From Cyanophora paradoxa CCMP329 (taxonomy: Eukaryota > Plantae > Glaucophyta): a stretch of DNA of 64,000 nt. Below are positions 48,241 through 61,000 of this stretch, one piece after another; positions within the stretch are counted from its first letter, which is position 1, and each line of letters starts with the position of its first letter. The position numbers and the translations under genes are program-made. Location of the stretch: assembly GCA_004431415.1 (NCBI GenBank), contig QPMI01000395.1, positions 372,001 to 436,000 on the forward strand, given 5' to 3'. A model generated the notes under the pieces. It was given only the letters and a program-made list of their open reading frames with translations. It did no database searches and was not told the origin of the DNA.

Positions 48241-48924
48241 CTATCGCGGCGCCCCGTCGTCGTGGGGTGCTCGGGGGACGCGCGGGCCGGGGCGCCCCCC
48301 CCGCCCGCGTCCTACGACGCGACATTCGAGAAGCCCATCACGGGGGCCGACATCGACGTCGTCGTCGCGAGCGCGCGCGCGACCGAGGCCGGGGACGCCG
48401 GCGTCGGCCGCGCGCGACGGCGCTCCAGCTGGCCGTCGTGCGGGGCGGTATCCCCCGCGACGATGACGCCCCCGGGCCGGGCGAGGAGGGATACGCGATG
48501 ACGGCGAGGAGGGATACGCGAAGACTTCGGCCCAACCGCGGCCGACGGGGTCGGCGCGTCGCGCCGCCCGGCGCTCATTCTCTCTCTCCAGAAAATTTCG
48601 AGACGCGCGCCCGAGCCCCTCCTCCCTCTGCCTCTCAGCATGGACTTTGACATGGACTTTGACGCGGAGGGGCTCCTCGAGATCCTCGCGACCGACCCGA
48701 GCGCGACCGCGACCGCGACCGCGACCGCGACCGTGGACGCGACCGCGACCAGCGACCTCGTCGACCTGCCGGAAGAGCTCTTTGCGCCCGAGCCCGCCGC
48801 GACCGCGGACGCGACCGCGACGCCCGAGTCCGACGACCTCGTCGAGTTTCCCGAGGAGCTCTTCTCGAGGATCATGAACAACTTGCAATTGGCAAGTTGT
48901 TATTTGGAAGATTTATATTCATGA
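48241..48924 (+). pseudogene. Orphan exon(s); possible receiver-domain C-terminal half plus a short acidic ORF
   Basis: AG acceptor, then RRPVVVGCSGD...YDATFEKPITGADI; ORF 48640-48924 follows. Confidence 0.3.
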
Positions 48925-49088
48925 ATGCAATACAACCGATATATATCTATGTCTATATTGCCGACGAGGACGGATATCCGGATCCGCTAATAGTAAGACT
49001 GATTCCACTTGAATAATTACGGCCGCGGCATCATCAAACTCAATCTACATGTACAGCTAATGCAGCTCAGCGGCTGCCCCCTCGGCGA

Positions 49089-52000
49089 CTACACGAGCAC
49101 GATAAGCGAGTGGGGGAACTCGACATTGTTGCCGTCGCGGAGGGGTGGGAGGTTGGTGGGTGCGGGGTTCGCCGCAGCTGGCGCTGGCCGCTCGCGCTCC
49201 GGAGAGACACCCTGTTCGGTCACGCTGTGGACGTCGAGCGCCGGCTCAGCCCGCTGGTCGTGCAGGTGCACGTGGGTCACATTCTGCTGCCGCGAGCCCG
49301 AGTGCGGCGCCTCTGTCGCCATGGTGCCGTAGTTCGGCACGGCTGCAGGCGTGCGCCCGGTCCCTTGCTGCCGGTCCGCAGACGAGGGAGCCATGGGCGC
49401 CCATTCGGGCAGTGGGCTCTGCGGTCGGTCATCAGGAACGCAGTGGCGATCGGGCCAAATCGAACGCACCGGCTGCGCGGGCCGCGGCTGCGTTGCTTGC
49501 ACTGTCTCCTCGCGGTCGCGGGAGGCGGGGCGCGGGCCGACGTCGGCAGCGGCGCCCTCAGCGTCGTACGCGGTCGGAGTGACGCGGCCCGTGTTGTCGG
49601 CGAAGAAGTTCGCGTGGCGGCCGCGCCTCCGGCGGCGGATGAGGAGAGCCACACCGACCACGACGGCGACGGCGGCGATGGCACCGATGACGCCGCCGGC
49701 GATGGCGCCGGCGCTCGAGCCCGACCCGCCAGTCGGGGGCGCCTCCGGGCCGTTGTTGCCCGCCGGCGTGGGCGTCGGCTGCAGCCCGCCAGGCACCACG
49801 CCGGACGCGCACTGCGTGTCAGTGCAGGCGTCGACGACGGTCAGCGCGACGCCGTCGATGGTCAGCGACGACCCGACGCGGATCGTGCGCGGGACGGCGG
49901 CGGCCGTCGCGGCCGAGTCGAACGCCGCCTCCTTCGAGTCGTAGACGCGGCCGTGGGCCATGACGGAGCCGCGGCGGAAGTCGTGCACGGCGAGGCGCGC
50001 CGCGTCGATGCCGGCGAGGCGCGCGACGGCGGCGGACGCCGACGCCTGCGTGGAACCGCTCGCCGACCAGCGCGCCACGAGCGACGCCTCGTCCTCGGCG
50101 GTCGGCGCCTGCATCTTCACCGTGAAGCCCGCTGCGAGGTCCGGTCAGGAGGAGCGGCAGGCCTTCTCTTGGGCCGGGAGCGCGCACCGAATGGGGCCGT
50201 GGTGCTGACGCTCGCGCCGCCCGTGGCGAGGCTGAAGGAGTTGGTGCCGACGGCCAGCGAGTTGGCGGGGGCCGTCGTGAACGCCTTCACGAGCGCGTCG
50301 CCGACGACCTTCGCGTCTCCCGCCGCCGCGTCGTCGGGCGCGCCGTCGAGCACGCGGAGCCTGCGAACGAAGCGTGAGCGAGGAGTGCCGGCGAGAGCCG
50401 CCGGCGGGATTCCGCACGTCAGCTTCACGGATCCGAACTCGACAGAGTTGAAGAGGACGCGGGAGGCGTCGACGGCGGAGAGGCCGGCCTGCTGAAGGAG
50501 CCGGACGCCGAGCGAGACCGCCTCCGACTGCTTCGACTTGTCGCTCTTCCACGCGTCCACGACCGCGCGCTCCGCGTCCGCCGAGCCGAGGCCGAGGCGC
50601 ACCGTCACGTCGACTGCGAGGGGGCGTAAGCAAAGCGCAGGGGCAGACTCCGAGACTCCCGAGAGCAGACGGACCGTACGAGCGCGGGGTGAGGTACTCG
50701 AGAGTGACGCTGAGAGGGGAGTAGTCCTGGCCGTTCCAGGCGACCTCGACCGAGACGGAGGCGGCGACGGCCGCGGGGCCGGGCACCACAAACTGCAGCT
50801 TCTGCTCCGAGAGGCCGGAGGAGGGGGCGGCCACGACGGCGCCGCCCTGGCCCCCGAGCCGCACGAGCACGGTGTCGCCCGTCACGGGGAAGGCGCCCTC
50901 GGCGGAGAGCGTCGTGTGCACGTTGACCGCGAGGGGCACGCGCCGGGGCGAGAGCGACCGGGCGGCGGGCGGGGCGTAGTAGTTGAACGCCGCCCAGGCG
51001 CCCTCCAGCGACGTCGCGCCCGTGACCACCAGCCGCACCGGGACGACGCCGGCCTGCCGCGAGAGCGGCTGCGGCGCCGTGCACACGACTGCGCCCGCGC
51101 CCGAGGCGCGAGCCGTCGCGCGCTGGCCGTTGACCGTGCCGAAGACGCAGCTGACGGAGCCGGCCGCGAGGCTCTGCTCGGTCACCTTGTCCGCGCCTGC
51201 GCCGCCGTACTTGACGGTGACGGCCGTGCCGCCCGCCACCGGACCGCCCCGCGGCACGACCGATGCGACATCGATGGTCGGGAGCGCGGGCTCCGGCTTC
51301 GCCGTCGGCGCCGGCGACTGCGCCGGCAGCGGCGTGGCCGTCGCTTCCGGCGTCTCGGGCGCCGGCGTCGGCTGGAAGTCGGTTAGAACGCGGCGAATGC
51401 GCAAGGCTAGATAGATAGAGGCGAACCGAGCTCGTGGGCGGGGCGGTCGGCGTGGGAGGCACGGTCGGCACGGGCGGGACAGTCGGCGTGACGACAGTCG
51501 TCGTGACGAATGTCGCGAACTCTGACCCATAGGACGTGCCGTCCACGGCCAGGTACACGCGGTACGTGGTGCCCTGGCCCTGCAGCTGGATCGCCGCCGC
51601 CTGCGGCGAGAACTTGCACACGAAGGCCGTGGCCGAGCTGGCATTCGCCGCGAAGGTGCCCATGACCGTGCCGCTCGTGTCCGTGATGCGGCAGCGCGGG
51701 GTGCCGGCAGCCGCCAGCTCGGCCCAGCGCAGCGCGTCCGGAAGGCCCGCCACGGTCAGCGGAATGTCGGTGGCTACGCCCGGATCCACAGGGTTCGCGT
51801 TGGGCCGGCTCAGCGTGTACGTGCCTGCGAAAGACGTACACAATCAGTGGACCATAAACAACGAAATGGCTGTGATCCAATTCTCACCGAGCAAGTCGAT
51901 GGGAGTCTGGCTGGAAACGTCATTATCAGCCGGGAAGTAACTGACGCCGTCCGCCGAAATCTGGACGCGCAGCTGGTCCGGCTGGAGGCCCGCTGGCGCC

Positions 52001-55000
52001 GTGCACTGGACGAGCGTGGCAGAGATGGCGATGGCGGGGCTCGTGGCCGTCGGCGTCGCGCCGCCAGCCACGCGCGTGAAGCGGCAGCTGGCGGAGGCGA
52101 CGCCGAGACTGGTGGGGAAGTTGGCGACGGCGACCAAGACCGTCGTGCCCGAGACAATCGCCACCGGAGACACCGCTTTATTGGTCAGCGTCGGCGGCGC
52201 TGCGAACGCTCGCGTCAGACGGAGTTTCCGCAGGGCTCAGGGCGCAAGGCTCCTCTGTGGGCACCGTAGACGGTGAACTGCGCCGCGGCGTTGACAACGG
52301 CGACCGAGGCGTTGCGCCCGAGAACGGAGATGCCGACTTGGAAGAGCCCCGGGCCGGGCAGCCTGGCGGGGTCCACCGCGCACACCTGCCGATCGAGATC
52401 GCGCGTGAGGCGCGCGGCGACGGCCAAGGAAACGAGCGAATGCGCCGCACCGCCTGCGTGCTGGTGACAGAGGTCGCTTCGAAGACGGGCCCGTCGACGC
52501 CGAAGACGCAGCGGAGCGGCTGCCTCGCGAGCGCGTCGTACACGTTCCCGTTGGCGGCGTAGCCGGCCGGGCTCGTCGTGAAGAGGCTCGTCCCCGTCAC
52601 GGTGACCGTGCACGAGGAGAGCGTCAAGGCGCACATCTTCGGGCTCACGGAGACGACGGCCGGCGCCAGGTCCGCGGCGGTGACCGCGAATGCGGCAAAC
52701 GCCGTCGCGCGGCACGTGGCGCGGGGCGACGCGGCGAAGAGGTTCACGGGCGGGACGATCGCCGCCTTGGCGGCGTCCTCCGCCCAGCCCGCCATCGGCG
52801 TGTTCTCCAGGTAGTACTTGCAGGTGACTGCGCGCGAGAAATGAAGCACGTTAGCGACGCGCCGATGCAACATCTAACCGTTGAGTTGCGCACCGATCTG
52901 GGGCCACGAGTCGGCCGCCGCAGGTTTGGCGATGGGCAGGGTGACGTCAAAGGAAGCCCCGGCGGGGAGCGAGAGAACGTCGGTGCCCGCCGTCGGCTTG
53001 GAGGCCTCGACGGTGACGTACGGCGAAATCGCGCCGGCGGCCGCGACGGGGAAGTGGCAGACGCCGCTCGAGCAGCCGCTGCCGCCGTACTTGGCGAGCT
53101 GCAGCACGAAGCCCGTCGCGCCGTTCGCAGACCAGAAGGCGCTGTCGGCGGCGACGGAGACGGCGACGTCGTTGGGCGTGTCGGCGCACGACGGGTCCGT
53201 CCCGCCCTGCACCGTCGCCGCCGCCACCGTCGAACCCGCGAGCGGCACGTGCGCCGCGTACCCGTCGAACATGTACGTGTAACCCCCGGACGAGAAGGAT
53301 GCGAGGATGCACTTGACGACGCCCGTGGGCGACGAGGTCGCGAACGAGACGCTGTTGCCGGAGACGAGCATGTAGAGGCCGGAGCGGCGCGACGTTGCGT
53401 CCGACTCCTCCTTGCCGCCCACCGCCGCCAGCCGGCGCCGCCGCGCCACCACCGCGTCCGGGCCGCCCCCGAGGCCCTGGAGGCCGCTCTGGATGGACGC
53501 AGACTTGAGAGCGTCCACGCTGGGCTGTGTGTTGTTGCACGCGGTGATCCGCCGCATCAGGTTGAACGCCTTCGTCTTCGTCGCCTCGTTCGTTGCCGCG
53601 TTGTCCAGCACGACCTGCAGCGTCGTCGTCGCCTGCTGCGACATCGTCGCGGTGCTGCGAGCGGCGCGCGTCAGCAGCTCCCATATAATACATCGCAGGG
53701 GTTAAACGCTATGGAGCCCGTCGCTTGCCTGCAGACGGTCTTGTTGACGCATTCGTCGAGGAGGCCGAGCAGCTTGTCGCGGACACCCGCCATCGCGCTC
53801 CGCGCGGCGAGTTCGTCCGACGGCAGCAGGCCACACCGCACGCCGCTGAAATTTCCGTTACAGATGCACTTGAAGTCGGGCCGCCCCGAGCAGGAGCCCT
53901 GCCCCGAGCACTCGAGGCCGTTCGCGTCCTTCAGGCACGCTGCGAAAAGCTCAGCACCGCTCGTCTAAACGCCTTCCAACAAGAGAGGGGGGCGCACTCT
54001 GCATGGCGACGGCGACTTCCTGCGCCTTGGCGTTGGAGGCCTCCTGGGCGTTCTTCATGAAGGTGCCCAGCGAGGCGAGGATGTTCAGGATCGCCTGGCA
54101 GTCGCCCTCCTGGTGCGCCTTCTTCATGAACGGGCCGGCGAGGTAGTCGTTCGCGAACGCGGTGATGTCGAACTGCGCGCGAGGGCGCGCGATCAGCTTC
54201 GCGCAAGGTGCGGGCGCGCGCGAGGTCGTCGCCGCACCTCGCGGCCCTCGGTGGCCGCCTTGTACGCCTGCGGGTACACGTTCACGTAGACGGAGCGCGA
54301 GGTGACGCCGCCAAGCGGGTCGGAGATGTAGCCGATGAGCGTCACGAGGTAACTGCGGGCGGGGGCGGGGGCGATCGCATGTCAGAGCCGAGAGGAGCGC
54401 GGCAGCTGCAGAGATGGATGGCGCGGCCGCACTTGTTCGAGGGGTCGCCGACGGGCAGCTGGGTGGCGAAGGTCTCCTTGCCGAACGACGGGAGCGACAG
54501 GATGCTCTCCACGGCGCCCGTGAGCGCGCTGGCGTTGCCGACGACGAAGCGGTACTCGTACGTGAGCGGCCGCGTATCGGTGTCGCCGCTGATCTCGTAG
54601 CCGCGCCGCCAGCTCGTCATGTTGATCGCGAAGTACGTGTCGAGCTCGTAGCCCGACGTTGCGTTGACGCTCACCTTGCCGCCCTCGGGCGGGCGTGCGA
54701 CGGTCACCGTGTACGACGCGCGGCCGATGGAAGGGCTGCGCTCGTTCTTTGCCCTTGCCGCCGCCTTGAACACGTACACGCCGCCGGACGAGAGCGACAG
54801 GGGGTCGACGCTGACGCGGGAGGTCCGCTTGCCGGTCACGAAGTTGACCGTCGGGATGTCGATCCCGTCCGGAGTCTCGACGGACCACTCGTACTCAAAC
54901 TGGCCGGGCAGATCCACGGACGCGGCCAGAACGAAGTTTCCGTCTAGGCTCGCCGCGCCCTTCTTGGAGATGAAGCCGCCGCGAGACACCTGCGGAAGTC

Positions 55001-58000
55001 GACCGATCAGAGCCGAGGCAACGAGATGGACCGCGCGGGAGGAGAGGCGCGTACCCCCACGGCGGAGATGGAGACCACGGGGGGCGCCCCCTGCACGATG
55101 TTGACGCGGCGGCGGAGGAGGATCGTGCGCGTGTCGCGCGCGACGGTGACGTTGAAGGAGAGCGTCGTCGGCAGGCCGAAGTAGTTGGCCGGCACGTTGA
55201 GCTTCCAGCGCCCGGGCGGGTCGAAGTTGCCGGAGGCGCGCGCCACGAGGTCGATCAGGCTCTGCTGCGCGTTCGCCGACGTCTGGCGGCAGGGCAGCCC
55301 GGTGCCCTCGTCGAGGCACGTCCACGAGTACTCGAAGTCGGTCTTCTGCGTCAGCGAGTCGTCCGGGTCCTCGGCGACGACGTCGAGCGAGAACTGCTTG
55401 TTGACGCCGACAGTGAGGTCGCTGGACTCTGCATGCGGACGGTGTTAGGATGATAAGATAGATTAGTCAGGCATCAAAGAGCGCGCGCGCAGGACGCACG
55501 GGAATCCCGCCAGGAGGCGCTGAGATCGCTGCGGGCGACGGCGACCTCGACCGAGTCAGAGTTCGTCCGGTTCTTGTCGATGGTCGCCGTGAATGTGATC
55601 CGGTAGGTCTCGCCGCCCGGGAGCGTGTTGGGCGGCAGGAACAGCGACCGCGTGCTGGTGACGATGCCCGACATGCGCGGGACTTTGGGCGAGCTCGCGT
55701 TCGTGTTGCGGACTTCCCACTTGAACGTGAGGTCGTCGGCGGAGTCCTCGCAGCGGGCGAGCCGCGCCCCGCCGGTCAGCGCGACAGGCGCGAAGGAACC
55801 GATCTGCAGCAGCGGGATCGAGAAGATTTGGACGACGGGCAGGGGGCCGGTCGCCTTGGTGAACTGCGACGCGGAGTGAGCGGTGCAAAAGAGATCGATT
55901 GAGAAGGCGAACACACCGTGATGCTCGTCTCATCGGAGACGCCTCCCAGGAAGTTCTTCACCTGCAGCTTCACCGTGTACGTCCCCGCCGGGTAGCGGCT
56001 TGACTCCGGGATGAAGCGCGTCTGGTACGCGTCCGAGCTGCCCGACGTGAAGATCGATTTTGTGGCCGTCGTGTCGAGCGCATCCGCCTGGGGCGACTTC
56101 CAGAAGTACGTGAGGCGCCGGTTCTCCGAAATCGCCTGCAGGAAGATGTCCTCGCAGAAAGCAACGGACGAGGGGCCCTGCGGCACTGCTGTTAGATAGG
56201 GGAGTGGCCGAGAAGAAATTCGACGAACCAGAATGTTGGCCTTGATCTTGACGACGGTCTCGGGGGCCCCGACCAGCGCCGTGAGGGCCCTGCAGCGGGG
56301 AAAGCTTAAGAGCGCCAAAAAGAAGAAAAAGAAGAAGATGCGGACCCGCCGGACGCGCGGCGGGAGTTGTTCGAGTGGACGCGAAGGTCCAGGTCCGAGC
56401 GCATGGTGAGGTTGGCGCCCACGTTCAAGAGTGACGCCGTGTCGAGGATGACGCGCAGCTCGGTGAACGAGGCCCACTCGCAGCTCGAGTCGGCGCCGAT
56501 GCGCAGCATCGTCCCCGCGTCGAAGTACGCGCCGCACGCCGTCGTTGTGAGGCCGGCGCGGTTCGTCGCGACGTCGAAGAGCACGACGATGGCGGAGCCC
56601 GTCGACGTGAACCTGGCGGAGGCGATCGACGGGCTCCGCGCTGCGCGGCGGTTAGCGCGAGGGTGACTGGAGCGGGCAGAGATCGCAGCCGCCGCGCACC
56701 TTCCGTCGTGTTGATGACCAGGCCGGCCTCGCCGAGCGGGCCGGAGAGGGACACGGTCGCATTGTCGCCGGCGCCGCCGGCGGGGAACGCGGTCCAGCGA
56801 ACCGTGATGATCCAAGGGTCTGTCTGGGACCAGGGGACCAGCGTGAAGGGAAGGGTGACAGCCGACGTCTCCAGCGGGCCGGAGACCGACGTCTCTACGA
56901 CCTCTGTGCTGGCCGGCTGGAGCGTGCCCTGCGGGGCGAAGCGGACAATGACCGTCTCGTTCAGGCCGAGCTTGCGGGCATTGCCGTAGCGGTCGCGCAG
57001 GTCGACGTGGATCGCGGAGTGCGAGCCCGCCACGATGCTGGCGAACGCGTACGCCCCTGACGCGGGGAGCGCGACGCGCGCGGCCGAGGCGGTACCGTTG
57101 GAGCAGAGGAAGCTGCTGGCGGCGACGGTGCGCGAGAAGCCGACCGGCTCGCCGGGCAGGAGCGTCAGCTGCACGGTCGAGCCCGCCACGTCCTGCACGC
57201 CGGCCGCCGTCCACGCGGCAATCTTCACCGTGTACGTGCCGGAGATGGTTGTGTCGTTCTCGGAGAGGGACACAGTCGCATTTGCGGCGTTGAGCACGCC
57301 AGTGAAGTTGCGGAGCACAGCGCCGTCGACGACAAGGGCGAAAGAGTCCGTGCCGACGTCGCGGGCGTTGCCGTACTGGTCGCGGGGGTGCACGTCGATG
57401 CCCACGACCGAGCCGACCGGCCGCGAGAGCGCCGACGAGATCGGCTGGGGCGAGTACGAGACCGTTGTGGTCGTGAGGGATAGGGTGGCGGGCGCGACCT
57501 CGATGACCTGGGAAGAGCCAGGCAGCAGCTGTCCGCTGAGCCGGACGCTCGCGTTGAAGGCGCCGCGGAGAGTGCACGACAGTCCCTTGACGACGTAGAA
57601 CGGAGACGAGGCGGAGGAGATGGCCGCCGATCCCGACGTGCACGGCGCCGAGACGGAGACAGTGAAGACGACCGACGGGTCCGTCACGTTGTTGCCATCC
57701 GCGTCGCGGGCGAGAACCGAAACGTCGAACGTCTCTCCCGCCCGGATCCGCGCCGTCGAGTACGAGGCGACGCACGAGGCCGCAGAGGCCGGGCCCGGCA
57801 CGATGGAAACGGACGCGCCGCTTCCCGTGACGTTGGCGCCGTTCAGCTGGACGAGGGCCGTGTAGGTCCTGGCCACGCGAGCTGTGCCGGAGCAGCGAAC
57901 GAGGCCGACAGCAGTCGCGTCGGCGGCGCAGGTGAATACCACAGCGTCGACACCAGAGGCCACCAGTCGCACGGTGACCTCCGAAGCCGCGGTGTGGGGC

Positions 58001-61000
58001 GCAAGGTTGCCGTACGTGTCCATCAGCTGGACCACGACGACCGAGAGAGAGCCGGCGGCGGCGAAGCTCGAGGAGACCACTGAGGTGCGGACCGCGTCCG
58101 CCCTGGACGGGCGCACGACAAGCGAGAACGGAGATCCCAGGATGCCGACGCCGCCGAGAGAGACGTGCAATGCGTGAGTCCCAGCCACAGTCGAGCGAGC
58201 AATCATTGTTGCAAAGGCCGGGTTCCCTTCGGCAGTCCCAGCGGTAGTCGGCTCAGTACTGTCTGACTCCAGGACTGTTCCAGTGCTCGTTTCGATGCGG
58301 ATATCGAATTTATCGCCGCCGCCCCGCTTCGGATGTTCGGTGCCGTTGATGCGGATGTAGGCGAAGATACTGAAAAACGCGGATTGACCCGCCTCAAACG
58401 AGATGATCCCGTTGACAATATCCGTTTTGCATGTACTAGGCGTAATGTCGCCTGTGTGCGAGCGTGAGCGTTGCAACTGGGGACGCGAATTATGAAATCG
58501 AAAAGCGCACGGTACTCGAAAGCCGTCTTGCTCGTCGACAGGAACGTCTCGATTTCGGTGTCGTTGACGTTGGAGACGCGGATGTCGTACGTGGTGAGGC
58601 TTGGTTCGGCGGGGATGAAGCAAGAGATCAAGCGGCTCGATATGTAGCGCGCTGGGACGTACGCATACGGCATGCCGGCCCCGCCCCGCTCGAGAGCGCA
58701 GGCGAGCGTGGAGAGGTTGGCAAAGTTCGAGCCGGCGACGGTTACCGCCGTGGCTGCACTGGCTCCGGCGAGGCCCTGGGACGGCCGGACTGACTCGGCC
58801 GAGGGCGAGCGGGCGTCGTCGTAGGCGCAGACGGGCGTCGGGAAGGAGACGAAAGTAGCGCCGTCCAACGCGACCTCGACTCGGTAGTCGTTCGACGCCA
58901 CGGAGACGCTCGGCGTGCACGTGCCGCGCGTGAACCGCGTGCCAGCCGCTGGGCTCGCGCCCACGTCGGCGACGACGGCGCGGAACTGGCCGGCGACGGT
59001 CGTCGCCCCGTCCAGCGAGACGAGGCGGCAAGACATGGCCGGCGTCGCGAAGAAGGCTCCCGAGACGGTGAGCGCCACGGACGTGATCGACTGCGGGGTC
59101 GTCGGAGTGATGCTCGTCGGCGCGGAGGACGCTGCGCGCAAAGGATCAGGGAACGTCTAGTAAATGGGGAGTGGAGAGTCCGGACCGTAGATAACGAATC
59201 CGGCGAACGCCGAGGTAGCCTCGGTGTCAAGCGTCTGGACCTGGAACTGAGGGAGCAGGACGTCGGCCACGCTGGTGTTGCCGGAAGTGCAGTGGATGGT
59301 CGAGGCGCTGACGTAGACCGCCGGCCAGCGCTGGCCGCCGACGATGCACACGGTCGTGGTGTCAAAGTTCGATCCGGTGACCGTCACCACAGAGCCGCCC
59401 CGTGCGGGCGCGGCAGCCGGAATTACGGAGACAATGGACGGCAGAACTGCGAGGCCACTCAGTTTGGGGAAAACAGAATCAGGTTCGAATCTGCGCACCG
59501 AAGAGCGAGAACGGAATGGGGACGGCGGTCTGCCCGTTCGGCGCGAAGTGAAGGTGCACACTCTCTTTGACGCCGGAGGCCAGGCGACCGGTGATCTCCG
59601 GCACGACGCAGCTGAAGGCGCCCGCGGAGTAGGACGCCGCTATGACGCCCGTGATGGCCGTTGTGCCGTTTTTGAGCTGGCAAGTGCCCGCCAGGGTCGC
59701 CGCCGCGGGCAGCGCGCGGAACGCCGGGTGCGAGATGACGATGGTGGGGCGCGGAGTTCCCGCGGTCGAGGCGGCCGACGGAGTGACCGAGATCGAGTCC
59801 GCCGGCGCCGCGCCGAGGTCGTAGTACGTGAAGCTCGGCCGGGCAGCGAACCAGTTCGCGCCGCCCGTGAAGGACACGCGCACGCTGACGGTCCCGTTCG
59901 CGGCCGCGGGAGTCTGGCACGAGACGGTCGTCGATGCGGCGGTCCACGTGCCCGCCACGGTCGAATTTCCGAAGGCGCAGCGGACGTCGGGTGCCGCGGC
60001 GCTGCCAGGGACGGGGTCGGTCTCCAGGAGAATGGAGACGGTCGTGCCGCCTGCCACCGGCCCCGAAGGCGGCGTGATCGAGGCGACGTTCGGCTCGGCT
60101 GAGGAACCAGTCAGTGCTGGAGCACGATCACCAACGAAACGAGAGGTGGGCACCATACGCGAACACGGCGAGGTCGGCGCCGGAGTTCTTCACGGATCCG
60201 GTCGTGGTCTGGTAAAGCGACACGCTCCGCTCGCCACCCACGCCTGGAGTCCAGCTGCAGAGGACGCGCTCCGCGCTCACGAACGTCGTAGAGGAAGGCC
60301 CGACCGGCGCCGCGTCGAAGACACACTGCAGCTGCGGCACGCTGCGGATGTTCGAGCCCGTGATCGTGATCTGCGCAATTCTTAGCTCACAAAGGCATTT
60401 GCAAGCCAGAAAGGCTCTCAAACCACGCTGGAGGAGCCGAGGGGAACGAAGCGCGGGCTCAGGCTAGCGATGACGGGGTCCGCTGCGAAACAACAGGATG
60501 AGCTCTAGCGCAAGTTGCGAAATTCGCGCGGAACGTACACAGCCAGGTGATCGCTGCAGGGCTGTTCGACGAGTAGTCCCTGCAGTTCGGCTGCAAAACA
60601 GAGATGCTCAAACTTCTTGACGAACACACTAGAAGAGTGCAGAGTACTGACCGAGATTTCAATTTGCGAGGTGGCAGTCCCCTTCGGAATAGAGCCGATA
60701 AGCAGCTGCGTGTAGTAGCCCAACGTTTCATTGAGGCCGGCGAGGCCCGTGCTTTGGACGACGGCGCCCGTCGTGACGAAGCGAACGCAAATGGTCGTCG
60801 TGCGCTCCGTGAAGTCCGCCGCGGAGAAGCCCGGCGCGTTCACGGTCAACGTGGCGGTCTCCGAGACGTCGCGCTCCGTCGAGCCGTACCCCGGCGCGAA
60901 CGAGACGGCCCGCCCGGGATCCTCAAAGACCTGGAAGTTGGCCGCGGCCTGGACTGTGTACGTGGTGGACGACTGGACGAAGGTCTGCATGGCCGAGGCG

